Shown here: positions 1 through 9,688 of the stretch, piece after piece
Position numbering within the stretch: position 1 is the stretch's first letter
Layout of the letters: every line of letters starts with the position of its first letter
Source: Chitinophagaceae bacterium
Lineage (GTDB): Bacteria; Bacteroidota; Bacteroidia; Chitinophagales; Chitinophagaceae
Assembly (NCBI GenBank): GCA_035318985.1
Contig: DATHDP010000020.1
Location: 51-64,050, forward strand
Reading direction: 5' to 3'
Length of the DNA stretch: 64,000 nucleotides
Translations under genes and position numbers: made by a program
The notes under the pieces: model-generated
Seen by the model: only the letters and a program-made list of their open reading frames with translations
Told to the model about the DNA's origin: nothing
Databases searched by the model: none

Positions 1-2405
1 CAGTTAAATTCCTTGATGACATTAAACAACTTGGATTCCGTACAGCGTTCCAGGGTGGATTGTCATTCAATATTCTTGACCTTGTAATTCCTGAATCAAA
101 AGAGAAATTGCTTGACCAGGCGAAAGTTGAAGTAGATGAAGTGTGGGATAGCTACAACATGGGTCTTATCACAAACAACGAACGTTATAACCAGATTGTT
201 GACATTTGGAGCCGTGTTGATACCCGTATCACTGAAACATTGATCCGTGAAATGAGTGCCGATAAGCAGGGCTTCAACTCTGTTTATATGATGCTTGATT
301 CAGGTGCCCGTGGTAGTAAGCAACAGGTAAAACAGCTTGCTGGTATGAGAGGTTTGATGGCTAAGCCAAGAAAATCAGGCTCAACAGGAAGTGAGATCAT
401 TGAGAATCCAATTCTTTCCAACTTCAAAGGCGGATTGAATGTATTGGATTACTTTATCTCCACACATGGTGCCCGTAAAGGTCTTGCCGATACGGCGTTG
501 AAAACAGCTGATGCTGGTTACCTGACACGTCGTTTGGTTGACGTAGCACAGGATGTGGTAATAACTGAAGAAGATTGCGGTACACTTCGTGGTATTGCTA
601 TCAGTGCATTAAAAGATAATGAAGATGTTATTGAACCACTGAGTGATCGTATTGAAGGACGTACATCATTGCATGATGTATATGACCCTCTGAATGATGA
701 GCTCATTATTCATGCAGGCCAGGAAGTAACATCAGAAATAGCAAAACGTATTGAGGAATGCGGTATAGAATCAGTTGAGATACGTTCAGTCCTTACCTGC
801 GAAAGCAGGCGCGGATGCTGTGTTAAATGTTATTGTAAGAATCTTGCTACCGGTAATCTTGCACAGAAAGGTGATGCTGTTGGTATCATCGCTGCACAAT
901 CAATTGGTGAGCCGGGTACACAGCTTACACTTCGTACATTCCACGTAGGTGGTGTGGCAGGTTCTGCATCTGTTGAATCTACATTACTTGCGAAATTCGA
1001 AGGCGTTGTTCAGTTTGACGGTTTGAGAACTGTTATGATCGAGAACAACGAAGGAGGAAAGAACCAGGTAGTAATCGGTCGTACAGGTGAGTTGAGAATT
1101 ATGGATGTAAAGAATGATCGTTTATTAATTACGAATAACATCCCTTACGGTGCTACATTGAATGTAAAAGATGGTCAGAAAGTAACTAAAGGCGATATAA
1201 TCTGTACATGGGATCCGTTCAATAACGTTATCATGGCAGAGATCAACGGTACTATCAAATTCGATAATGTTATCGAAGGTGTTACCTACCGCGAAGAATC
1301 TGATGAGCAGACTGGTCACCGCGAGAAAGTGGTAATTGAAACAAGAGATAAAACTAAGATCCCACAGTTAGTTGTTGAAGGAAAAGAACACAAATCATAC
1401 AACTTACCTACAGGAAGTCATATCGTGATCGAAGAAGGCGATGTAGTAAAAGCCGGACAGGTAATTGTGAAGATTCCAAGGATCCTTGGTAAGCTTCGTG
1501 ATATCACGGGTGGTCTTCCAAGAGTTACGGAATTGTTTGAAGCAAGAAATCCGGGTAATCCTGCTATCGTTTCTGAAATTGATGGTGTGGTTTCTATGGG
1601 AGCTATCAAACGTGGTAACCGTGAGATCATCATTGAAGCAAAAGATGGTGTACAGAAAAAATATCTTGTTCCATTGACAAGACAGATCCTTGCACAGGAT
1701 GGCGACTTCGTAAAAGCTGGTTCGTCTTTATCAGATGGTCAGACCTCGCCACAGGATATTCTTTCAATACAAGGGCCATTTGCGGTACAACAGTATGTTG
1801 TGAATGAGATCCAGGAAGTTTATCGTTTACAAGGGGTAAGAATCAATGACAAGCATATTGAAGTTATCGTTCGCCAGATGATGCGTAAAGTAAGCATCGT
1901 TGATCCGGGTGATACTAAATTCCTTGAAGAAGATCTTGTAGACAAATTTGAATTCCTCGAAGAGAATGATTGGGTATATGATAAAAAGATCGTGACTGAA
2001 ATAGGTGAGTCAGGCAAGCTTCGTGCAGGCCAGATAGTAAGTTTAAGAGAAGTAAGAGAAGAAAATTCAATTCTTCGCAGAAATGATAAAAAGCTTGTTG
2101 AATTCCGTGATGCAAGTCCTGCTACATCGGCTCCAACATTGCTTGGTATCACTAAAGCATCTCTTGGTGTACAAAGCTGGATATCTGCAGCATCGTTCCA
2201 GGAAACAACTAAAGTTCTTTCTTCAGCAGCTATTCATGGTAAAACTGATGATATGCTCGGATTGAAAGAGAATGTTATTACTGGTCACCCGATCCCTGCT
2301 GGAACGGGTTTGCGTGAATTTGAGAACATGATCGTTGGTAGCAAAGAAGAATATGAATTGCTGCAATCAACCAGGGAAGCGATGACTTTTGATGAAGATG
2401 AATAA
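1..2405 (+). CDS. rpoC: DNA-directed RNA polymerase subunit beta' (C-terminal ~800 aa; 5' end lies upstream of the window)
   Basis: The frame is open from base 3 ([22 protein letters not shown]...) and runs into the listed ORF. Beta' blocks are present: [77 protein letters not shown]. The TTG start at 60 is an ORF-caller artefact. Confidence 0.97.
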   Translation, partial: VKFLDDIKQLGFRTAFQGGLSFNILDLVIPESKEKLLDQAKVEVDEVWDSYNMGLITNNERYNQIVDIWSRVDTRITETLIREMSADKQGFNSVYMMLDSGARGSKQQVKQLAGMRGLMAKPRKSGSTGSEIIENPILSNFKGGLNVLDYFISTHGARKGLADTALKTADAGYLTRRLVDVAQDVVITEEDCGTLRGIAISALKDNEDVIEPLSDRIEGRTSLHDVYDPLNDELIIHAGQEVTSEIAKRIEECGIESVEIRSVLTCESRRGCCVKCYCKNLATGNLAQKGDAVGIIAAQSIGEPGTQLTLRTFHVGGVAGSASVESTLLAKFEGVVQFDGLRTVMIENNEGGKNQVVIGRTGELRIMDVKNDRLLITNNIPYGATLNVKDGQKVTKGDIICTWDPFNNVIMAEINGTIKFDNVIEGVTYREESDEQTGHREKVVIETRDKTKIPQLVVEGKEHKSYNLPTGSHIVIEEGDVVKAGQVIVKIPRILGKLRDITGGLPRVTELFEARNPGNPAIVSEIDGVVSMGAIKRGNREIIIEAKDGVQKKYLVPLTRQILAQDGDFVKAGSSLSDGQTSPQDILSIQGPFAVQQYVVNEIQEVYRLQGVRINDKHIEVIVRQMMRKVSIVDPGDTKFLEEDLVDKFEFLEENDWVYDKKIVTEIGESGKLRAGQIVSLREVREENSILRRNDKKLVEFRDASPATSAPTLLGITKASLGVQSWISAASFQETTKVLSSAAIHGKTDDMLGLKENVITGHPIPAGTGLREFENMIVGSKEEYELLQSTREAMTFDEDE

Positions 2406-2430
2406 ATAACTCAGTTCAATAAATAATCGA

Positions 2431-2459
2431 GGAGTAGGAGAGATCTTACTCCTTTTTTT
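2431..2459 (+). terminator. Intrinsic terminator after rpoC
   Basis: GGAGTA (2431-2436) pairs with TACTCC (2447-2452) and is followed by TTTTTTT. Confidence 0.6.
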
Positions 2460-2551
2460 ATTTAAAACTGGCAAGCTTTTAACGCTGAATTTTTAACTCA
2501 GAATTCTGAACACATATCCTGTTAACTGTTTCCTAAAGTGACCCGAATGAG

Positions 2552-2559
2552 TATATTTG
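2552..2559 (+). promoter_or_regulatory. Candidate Bacteroidota -7 box (TAnnTTTG) for the OmpH-like gene
   Basis: TATATTTG lies 37 nt upstream of the ATG at 2596. I saw no clean -33 TTTG. Confidence 0.3.
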
Positions 2560-2595
2560 CCCTGAAGGCTTTAATTAACTTGCCAAAAAACTTGC

Positions 2596-3195
2596 ATGAA
2601 TAAAGGTTTACTAGCTCTCAACATTGTCTTACTAATCGGTGTAGCGATCTTGTTTTTTCTTTTTTTTAATAAGAAGGATAATGCATCCGCTGTAATACCT
2701 ACCCGAAATAATCATGATACTGCTGCTCAAAAACAACAAACACCCGTAGCCTATTTTGATATGGATTCCATAGAAGCAAATTTCTTTTTATGGAAACAAG
2801 TACAGGCTGAAGTTGTGAAAAGAGAAGCAGGTATTAATGATACTATTAACCAGATGAAAATGGGTTTTCAAAATTATTACCAGAAGTTACAGGCGCAGAG
2901 TGCAAATTTATCTCCCCGGCAAAAGGATTCACTTGGCAATGAATTAGCTCAAATGGATGCGGAGATCAAGAACAGAACTGCTGAACTTAATCAGAAATAT
3001 CAAACTTACTTTATGAGCAGGCAACAGGAGATAGTAAGTAAAATAAAAAACTATTGTAAGGAATTCAATAAAGATAAAAAGTACTCTTATATCATTGCAA
3101 GAGAACCCGGATTGTTTTATTATACTGATACAGCTTACAATGTGACATCAGAGTTATTGAAAGGGCTGAATACATTTTATACGAAAAAGAAATAA
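2596..3195 (+). CDS. OmpH/Skp-family periplasmic chaperone-like protein
   Basis: It has an N-terminal membrane anchor and a long Q/K/E-rich coiled-coil region. The C-terminal block KYSYIIAREPGLFYYTDTAYNVTSELLKGLN is typical of OmpH family proteins. Confidence 0.72.
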   Translation: MNKGLLALNIVLLIGVAILFFLFFNKKDNASAVIPTRNNHDTAAQKQQTPVAYFDMDSIEANFFLWKQVQAEVVKREAGINDTINQMKMGFQNYYQKLQAQSANLSPRQKDSLGNELAQMDAEIKNRTAELNQKYQTYFMSRQQEIVSKIKNYCKEFNKDKKYSYIIAREPGLFYYTDTAYNVTSELLKGLNTFYTKKK

Positions 3196-3224
3196 GCCCT
3201 GTGAGTTATTAGCTAATTATTGTG

Positions 3225-3252
3225 CTCCTTTCATAATTGAAAGGAGTTTTTC
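3225..3252 (+). terminator. Intrinsic terminator after the OmpH-like gene
   Basis: CTCCTTTC (3225-3232) pairs with GAAAGGAG (3239-3246), followed by TTTTT. Confidence 0.6.
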
Positions 3253-3296
3253 TTTCTATAAGCTGAAATACTTATCTTGAAAACCAAACCAACGCT

Positions 3297-4748
3297 ATGT
3301 CAGAACAACAACCCGCCTTCAAAAAATCATTCGGTCTATTAGATGCAACAATGATCGTTGCAGGGTCTATGATAGGTTCAGGTATTTTTATTGTAAGCGC
3401 CGATATTACCCGCAATGTGGGTTCGGCAGGCTGGCTGATAGTAGTATGGCTGATAACAGGGTTTATGACTATTTCAGCTGCGGTAAGTTACGGTGAGCTG
3501 AGTGGTATGTATCCAAAAGCAGGAGGTCAGTATGTTTATTTAAAAGAAGCTTATAACCCATTAGCCGGGTTTCTATATGGGTGGAGTTTTTTTGCAGTGA
3601 TACAAACAGCTACCATTGCAGCGGTCGGTGTGGCCTTTTCGAAATTCCTTGCATACCTCTTGCCACAAGTAAGCGAAGACCTTGTTGCCTTTACGATTGG
3701 CGGTCTTAAAATTTCACCAGCACAGCTGGTGTCAATTGGATTGATCATCTTTCTCACTTTTATAAATACGTTGGGAGTAAAAGGAGGTAAGTTAATTCAA
3801 ACAACGTTTACTGTAACTAAACTACTAAGCTTATTCGGGCTTATCATTTTTGGTTTGATCATGATGAAGGGAGATGTGTGGGATGCAAACTGGGCAGATG
3901 CATGGCAAATAAGAAATCTTTCTGTAACAGATGGGCAGGCATCTTTTACTCCATTGATCGGAACTGCTATTCTTGGTGCTATTGCTGCAGCTATGGTCGG
4001 CTCCATTTTTAGTAGTGATGCATGGAATAACGTAACCTTTATTGCGGGTGAAATAAAAAACCCAAAACGAAATATTGGTTTAGCTCTTTTCCTCGGCACT
4101 TTGATCGTTACTATAATTTATGTAACAACAAATGTTATGTACACGGCTGTATTGCCGTTAAATGAAATTGCATCAGCAGAAAAAGACAGGGTAGCCGTAG
4201 CAGCATCACAGGTTATATTTGGCAACATTGGAACTGTTGTGATCGCTTTAATGATCATGATCTCAACATTCGGATGTAATAACGGATTGATATTAGCAGG
4301 AGCAAGAGTTTATTACACTATGGCAAAAGATGGATTATTTTTTAAGCCTGCAAGTACTCTTAACAAATTTGCCGTGCCACAGTGGGCTTTATGGGTCCAA
4401 TGTTTAATTGCCTGTGCATGGAGTGTAAGTGGTAAATATGGTCAGCTATTGGATATGATATCTTTTGTTGTCGTCATTTTTTATGTGATGACTATCCTTG
4501 GGATTTTTATTCTTAGAAAAAAACGACCTGATGCAGAACGCCCATATAAATCATTTGGGTATCCTGTTCTGCCGGCACTTTATATTATTATGGGCATTAC
4601 GTTTTGTGTTCTACTAATATTTTATAAACCTCAGTTTACCTGGCCGGGATTAATTATTGCATTGGCAGGGATCCCTCTTTATTATATTGCAGTAGCCACG
4701 AGGAAAAAAAGAAACGAAGGAGAAGAACTTATTGAGAAATTGCCTTGA
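3297..4748 (+). CDS. APC-superfamily amino acid permease
   Basis: 483 aa with about 12 hydrophobic segments. The N-terminal [19 protein letters not shown] motif is typical of amino acid permeases. Confidence 0.85.
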   Translation: MSEQQPAFKKSFGLLDATMIVAGSMIGSGIFIVSADITRNVGSAGWLIVVWLITGFMTISAAVSYGELSGMYPKAGGQYVYLKEAYNPLAGFLYGWSFFAVIQTATIAAVGVAFSKFLAYLLPQVSEDLVAFTIGGLKISPAQLVSIGLIIFLTFINTLGVKGGKLIQTTFTVTKLLSLFGLIIFGLIMMKGDVWDANWADAWQIRNLSVTDGQASFTPLIGTAILGAIAAAMVGSIFSSDAWNNVTFIAGEIKNPKRNIGLALFLGTLIVTIIYVTTNVMYTAVLPLNEIASAEKDRVAVAASQVIFGNIGTVVIALMIMISTFGCNNGLILAGARVYYTMAKDGLFFKPASTLNKFAVPQWALWVQCLIACAWSVSGKYGQLLDMISFVVVIFYVMTILGIFILRKKRPDAERPYKSFGYPVLPALYIIMGITFCVLLIFYKPQFTWPGLIIALAGIPLYYIAVATRKKRNEGEELIEKLP

Positions 4749-5238
4749 TGATTGAAGTTGTTGAAAAGCCATCCAGGATCGGGTTGATGACTACTTTTCC
4801 GCCATTGGCAATTACTTCTTTTGCTCCGGCAATTTCATCAATTGTGTAATCGCCACCTTTAACTAAAATATCGGGTAAAATAGAAGTAATAAGTTTGAGA
4901 GGAGTGTCTTCTTCAAAGATCACAACTGCATCAACCATGAATAAAGCGGCAAGTAACAATGCCCGTGAATCCTGGTCATTGACCGGACGACTATCTCCCT
5001 TCAATCTTTTTACAGAGCTATCGGAGTTTAACCCGATAACTAAAACATCTCCTTCTTTAGCAGCTTGCGTAAGAGAAAAAATATGTCCTTTGTGCAGAAG
5101 ATCAAAAACGCCATTGGTAAAAACAATTTTCTTTCCTTCCTTTCTCCATTGGTTTGCTTTTTCAATGATGCCGGTTAGAGAATAGATCTTTTCTAAAATT
5201 GATGCTGGAGCCATAATATCTTTATGCTTTGTAAACAA
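4729..5238 (-). CDS. rfaE2: D-glycero-beta-D-manno-heptose 1-phosphate adenylyltransferase (RfaE domain II-like cytidylyltransferase)
   Basis: It carries the nucleotidyltransferase signature [17 protein letters not shown] and is about 160 aa. Its 3' end overlaps the convergent permease gene by 20 nt. Confidence 0.82.
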   Translation of the reverse strand: MFTKHKDIMAPASILEKIYSLTGIIEKANQWRKEGKKIVFTNGVFDLLHKGHIFSLTQAAKEGDVLVIGLNSDSSVKRLKGDSRPVNDQDSRALLLAALFMVDAVVIFEEDTPLKLITSILPDILVKGGDYTIDEIAGAKEVIANGGKVVINPILDGFSTTSIIKAISQ

Positions 5239-5347
5239 ATGTATAAATAATTATTTGCCGGCTCAGTCAGGAAAATAATGTTAGTTTAACCCGTAATTTT
5301 ATGGGGTAGGAAATAAAAGCAGGATATTTAATAAATAACTAAAGGAA

Positions 5348-6337
5348 ATGACAGAGTGTGAAGAATTATTTAATGATTTTAATTCATTAAAAATTGGTGT
5401 GATCGGAGATGTGATGCTGGATACCTATATATGGGGGAAAGTGGACAGGATCTCGCCGGAAGCTCCTGTACCTATAGTTTCATTGCATCATAAAGAACAG
5501 CGTATAGGAGGAGCAGGTAATGTTGCCATTAACTGCAGCAACCTTGGCGCAAAAGTTTTTATACTCGGTGTTACCGGTGATGATGATGAAGCCTCCCAGT
5601 TAGAACAGTTACTGAAAGAAAACCTGATCGATACAACGGGTTTAATAAAAAGCGTTAAAAGAAAAACTACAAATAAAACAAGGATCATCAGCCGTAATCA
5701 GCAAATGCTGAGATTTGATGCCGAGATGACTGATGATCTCAACAAGGAAGAGGAAACAGCGTTACTAAAACAGATCTCTAATTTTATTGAACATGAGGAT
5801 CCGAATATTTTGATATTCGAAGATTATAATAAAGGAGTGTTGACAGAAAAAGTAATTGAACAGGCAATTGCTTTATGCAGAGCTTCGGGTGTAATCACCG
5901 CCGTTGATCCAAAAAGAAAGAATTTTTTCAGCTATCAGCATGTCGACATTTTTAAACCAAACATGAAAGAGGTCGAGGAAGGATTGAATCTTATGTTTGA
6001 AACCTCAGATATTTATCAGCTTAGAAATATTCATGAACAACTTCAGAAACAATTGCAGCATAAAGTTTCATTGATCACTTTATCTGAGAAAGGAATTTTT
6101 TACCAGCAATTACAGAATGCAGCGATTATTCCAAGTCATTTGCGTAATGTAGCCGATGTATCAGGCGCCGGCGATACAGTAATAGCTGTTGCTGCAATGG
6201 TATATGCTGCCACAAAAAATGCACACATGATGGCAGAGATCGCCAATATAGCTGGTGGTTTGGTTTGTGAAGAAGTGGGAACAGCTACAGTTGAAAGAGA
6301 AAAGCTTTTAAGAGAATGTGAATTACTCCTCTCCTAA
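5348..6337 (+). CDS. rfaE1: PfkB-family sugar kinase, RfaE domain I-like (D-beta-D-heptose 7-phosphate kinase)
   Basis: PfkB motifs are present: GGAGNVAIN near the N-terminus and DVSGAGDTVIAV near the C-terminus. It is transcribed divergently from the domain II gene. Confidence 0.8.
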   Translation: MTECEELFNDFNSLKIGVIGDVMLDTYIWGKVDRISPEAPVPIVSLHHKEQRIGGAGNVAINCSNLGAKVFILGVTGDDDEASQLEQLLKENLIDTTGLIKSVKRKTTNKTRIISRNQQMLRFDAEMTDDLNKEEETALLKQISNFIEHEDPNILIFEDYNKGVLTEKVIEQAIALCRASGVITAVDPKRKNFFSYQHVDIFKPNMKEVEEGLNLMFETSDIYQLRNIHEQLQKQLQHKVSLITLSEKGIFYQQLQNAAIIPSHLRNVADVSGAGDTVIAVAAMVYAATKNAHMMAEIANIAGGLVCEEVGTATVEREKLLRECELLLS

Positions 6338-6384
6338 ACCCCGAAACACTAAGAGGGCTTAGCTTATACACTGATCAACTTTAT

Positions 6385-7095
6385 TCAATTAGTTTTTTCT
6401 TCATCAGGTTTCAACTCACCTTTTGCAGCTTTCTTCATCAGCAAGTCAAAGTTTAAAAATATTTCGAAGAATATTTTTATCAAAGCAAAAACAAGAATAA
6501 AAACTTTACCTCCTCCAAGTGAAAGAAACATACTGCCAAGTATTACGGTTACCTGTTGAATAAAAATCCTTCCATAAGGCTGGAACATGAGATAGCCTAA
6601 TGGTGATGTTTTATAATCTCCTGTTAAAATATAATCAGTAGTAAAACGAAAACTATAGCTCACGATAAAAACTCCAAGCATTATATATGCTTCGTTAGTT
6701 AATAACGATGGCCATTTTGAAAAGAAATTAAAGAAAGTGATTCCGTTTTCATCACCAATACCTGAAGCGCCAAAGAATATACCCATTTGGATAGCTACGA
6801 ACATTCCATAATGCACTAAAAAGAAAAGCATGAAGAACCAGAAAGGTTGTTTCATTTTGGAGCCACCTTGTGTTTCCCATGTATCGGTTGACTTACCGGA
6901 AATTCCAGTAATGAATAATTTTATCAAAGTAAAACAACCGATGATGATCGTTTCAAGACAGTAAACAAGGAAAACTTCCTTTGCACTCCAGTTAAAAAAC
7001 CAAACGCCAACTACTGGTAATAGATTAGCAACAAGCAGCGACCAATCGCTCTGTGTGAGTTTCTTTTTGGTGATGTCTTTCCAGGTGGTGGCCAT
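6385..7095 (-). CDS. Multi-pass membrane protein (DUF6498-like), function unknown
   Basis: It has six or more hydrophobic helices. I prefer the ATG at 7095 (MATTWKDITKKK...). The listed extension to 7188 reads through a GC-rich hairpin repeat. Confidence 0.5.
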   Translation of the reverse strand: MATTWKDITKKKLTQSDWSLLVANLLPVVGVWFFNWSAKEVFLVYCLETIIIGCFTLIKLFITGISGKSTDTWETQGGSKMKQPFWFFMLFFLVHYGMFVAIQMGIFFGASGIGDENGITFFNFFSKWPSLLTNEAYIMLGVFIVSYSFRFTTDYILTGDYKTSPLGYLMFQPYGRIFIQQVTVILGSMFLSLGGGKVFILVFALIKIFFEIFLNFDLLMKKAAKGELKPDEEKTN

Positions 7096-7126
7096 ATCAA
7101 AAGGTAAAATAACTAATTTCGAAGCA

Positions 7127-7170
7127 TCACCCCTCGTTCCCCTCTCTTTCAGAGAGGGGAGGTCTGGCGG
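7127..7170. repeat. GC-rich intergenic hairpin element
   Basis: CCCCTCTCT (7139-7147) pairs with AGAGAGGGG (7151-7159), a 9-bp stem with a 3-nt loop. It lies in the divergent region between the membrane-protein gene and iaaA. Confidence 0.5.
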
Positions 7171-7236
7171 CAGAATAAAAATAAGCATTTGGATGAACCC
7201 CTCAACTATTTCTATATTTCAACTTAATAACATACG

Positions 7237-8169
7237 ATGTCAAAATTCACAATAGCAATTCATGGCGGGGCAGGAACGATCTCGAAAAAAAGCATGACCC
7301 CGGAAAAGGAAATCGCTTACATCAAAGCATTAAATGAAGCTTTAGATGCCGGATACAGGATACTGGAAAAGAATGGTGATGCATTGGATGCTGTTAAAGC
7401 TGCTGTGATACAGCTAGAGAATAATATTTTATTCAACGCTGGAAAAGGATCTGTATTCACAAATACGGGCACACATGAAATGGATGCTTCAATAATGGAT
7501 GGAAAGGACCTGTCTGCCGGAGCTGTTGCAGCAATCTGTAATGTCAAAAACCCGATTGAACTTGCTCACACAATAATGAAAAAAAGCGAACATGTTTTTT
7601 TGATTGGAAAAGGAGCGGAGGAGTTTGCAGAACAAAATGGAATAGTCTTTGAATCCGATGAATATTTTTATTCTGAATTCAGATACAAACAATTGCTTAA
7701 AACCAAACAGAGTAACGAGATAGCTTTGGATCATAGTGTTGATCCGGACGATAAAAAATTTGGAACGGTAGGGGCCGTTGCTTGTGATGTAAATGGAAAT
7801 TTGGCTGCTGCTACAAGCACAGGAGGTATGACGAATAAGCAATTTGGACGAGTTGGTGACAGCCCGATCATTGGTATCGGCACGTATGCAAACAATAAAA
7901 CCTGTGCGATCAGTTGCACAGGTCATGGAGAACCTTTTATTAAAGCGGTAGCTGCCTATGATGTTAGTTGTTTAATGGAGTATAAAGGATTTTCACTCGA
8001 GAAAGCAATGAATAAAGTGGTGATGAAAAAATTAGTAAAGATCGATGGTGAAGGAGGAATGATCGGTGTGGATGCAAAAGGAAATGCTTCACTTATTTTT
8101 AATTCTAAAGGAATGTATCGGGGAATGAAGTGCAGTAATGGGAAAACAACAGTGGAAATTTATAAATAA
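7237..8169 (+). CDS. iaaA: Isoaspartyl peptidase / L-asparaginase (Ntn hydrolase, plant-type asparaginase family)
   Basis: The N-terminus is IAIHGGAGT. The autoprocessing/nucleophile block is KFGTVGAVACD. GDSPIIG and GHGE motifs are also present. Confidence 0.9.
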   Translation: MSKFTIAIHGGAGTISKKSMTPEKEIAYIKALNEALDAGYRILEKNGDALDAVKAAVIQLENNILFNAGKGSVFTNTGTHEMDASIMDGKDLSAGAVAAICNVKNPIELAHTIMKKSEHVFLIGKGAEEFAEQNGIVFESDEYFYSEFRYKQLLKTKQSNEIALDHSVDPDDKKFGTVGAVACDVNGNLAAATSTGGMTNKQFGRVGDSPIIGIGTYANNKTCAISCTGHGEPFIKAVAAYDVSCLMEYKGFSLEKAMNKVVMKKLVKIDGEGGMIGVDAKGNASLIFNSKGMYRGMKCSNGKTTVEIYK

Positions 8170-8245
8170 CTCTTTTTCTTAAGCAATTTCGAATATAAGG
8201 ATCTGCGCTTAACAACTCATTTGCCCCAAACAATTTAAATATATT

Positions 8246-8719
8246 CTAATCTTTAGGTTCCCACAATTGAATTTTATTTCCTTCAAGGTCTAAAATATGA
8301 ACGAATTTTCCGTAATCATATGATTCAATTTTGTCTACGATAGTTACGTTTTCCTTTTTTAATTCTTCAACCAACGCTTCTAAATTCTCTACTCTATAGT
8401 TTATCATAAAGTCCTTTGTTGAAGGCTCAAAGTATTTTGTGTCTTCTTTAAAAGGATTCCACTGGGTAAGTCCCTTTTTAGTACTGTCGTCAATGTCCCG
8501 CCATTCAAAGCTTGTTCCATATGGGGTTGTGTCAAATCCAAGATGTGTTTTATACCATTCATTAACTGCTTTTGTGTCTTTACATTTGAAGAAAATACCT
8601 CCTATTCCTGTTACCTTTTTCATTTTTGTATTTTTTTTGTTAGATATAGTTGTCTTAAAAGCGAAACCTAATAGAAACGAAGCAGCAATTAGTGTTATCG
8701 TCAATGATATTCTTTTCAT
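8246..8719 (-). CDS. VOC (glyoxalase/bleomycin-resistance fold) family protein with signal peptide
   Basis: It has a signal-like N-terminus. GIGGIFFKCKDTKAVNEWYKTHLGF and the C-terminal ILDLEGNKIQLWEP are typical VOC strands. Confidence 0.65.
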   Translation of the reverse strand: MKRISLTITLIAASFLLGFAFKTTISNKKNTKMKKVTGIGGIFFKCKDTKAVNEWYKTHLGFDTTPYGTSFEWRDIDDSTKKGLTQWNPFKEDTKYFEPSTKDFMINYRVENLEALVEELKKENVTIVDKIESYDYGKFVHILDLEGNKIQLWEPKD

Positions 8720-8747
8720 TGTCTATAAAATTAAATATTTGTTGTGA

Positions 8748-9281
8748 TTATTTTTCGAGAATGTTTTTCAAGGTGGACAAACTAGCATCCATGTCTTTTG
8801 GGAATTTTTTTTCAGCCATTGGTATCATTATGTTCAAAGGATATTTCAATGTACCAGTATTGATCAGGTTTACTTTGGTTTGGTTTTCGGACAAAGATTC
8901 TGTCTCAAAAATAACACCGGCAGAGACCCGCATTGGTTTTACAAAACGAATTTCTGTTTCAATTCTTTCCCCTTCAATAATTTTCTTAATTTCTTTTTCT
9001 CCCTGGCCGGCACTTTTATCTCCGCTCCAGGAATAAATAAATCCCTCTGTTCCGTCTGTTCCTTTGAATTCTTCTTTCCTGTTTATTTTGTCAGCCGTTG
9101 CCCATTTGTTGAATTGATCCTGGTTTTTAAGTAGTTTTAAAAAGTCAAATACTTTTTGTCGGGGCACATTGATAATGATTTCACGATTGACATAATGTTC
9201 CTTCTTCATGAAAAGCGCAATGATCAACAATAAGGCAATAATGCCTACCACTACAAGTAGAATTGTAATTACGGTATTCAT
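8748..9281 (-). CDS. SRPBCC-fold protein with N-terminal transmembrane anchor
   Basis: A single TM helix is followed by about 150 aa with the SRPBCC/polyketide-cyclase-like pattern (INVPRQKVFDFL..., KWA...). Confidence 0.55.
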   Translation of the reverse strand: MNTVITILLVVVGIIALLLIIALFMKKEHYVNREIIINVPRQKVFDFLKLLKNQDQFNKWATADKINRKEEFKGTDGTEGFIYSWSGDKSAGQGEKEIKKIIEGERIETEIRFVKPMRVSAGVIFETESLSENQTKVNLINTGTLKYPLNIMIPMAEKKFPKDMDASLSTLKNILEK

Positions 9282-9378
9282 TTTATTTTTATGGGTGACT
9301 TCACAAACTTAAGTTACGCAATTTCTTCTTTGCATTTATCTTATTGGATATAATTTCAGCTCACTCATCCAAAACTCT

Positions 9379-9543
9379 GGAACGTTAAGGGGTCGTCGCT
9401 TGTGATGTAGTAAAGATCGATGGGAAGGAGGCATGATTGGTGTGGATGCAAAAGGAAATGTTTCACCAATTTTTAATTCTAAAGGAATGTATCGGGGATT
9501 TTGTTCGAGTGATGGAAGGAGAGAAGTAGCTATTTATAAATAA
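9379..9543 (+). pseudogene. Decayed iaaA paralog relic (Thr-nucleophile segment fused to the 3' end; frameshifted)
   Basis: 9379-9409 aligns to iaaA 7763-7792 (GTVGAVACDV region). 9408-9543 aligns to iaaA 8035-8169 (VKIDGEGGMIGVDAKGN..IFNSKGMYRG...IYK stop). One base is missing in GATGG-GAAGG. Similarity continues about 25 nt past both stop codons. Confidence 0.8.
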
Positions 9544-9688
9544 TGCTTTCTTAAGTTTTTCAAATGTTTGCCCGGGGGTCTTTTGCAAAATATCCTGGGC
9601 GGCCTTAAATTTTGTAAAAAATTATTTAACCCAATTTTTGGCTTTCTTCTCCGATTTTTTTTGATATATATTTACATTCAAAAAATCC

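Noticed and set aside
7096-7188. A 31-codon N-terminal extension of the membrane protein (MLIFILPPDLPSLKERGTRGDAS...).
   Set aside because: The extension is the translation of the 9-bp-stem GC hairpin. The hydrophobic protein begins sensibly at the internal ATG.
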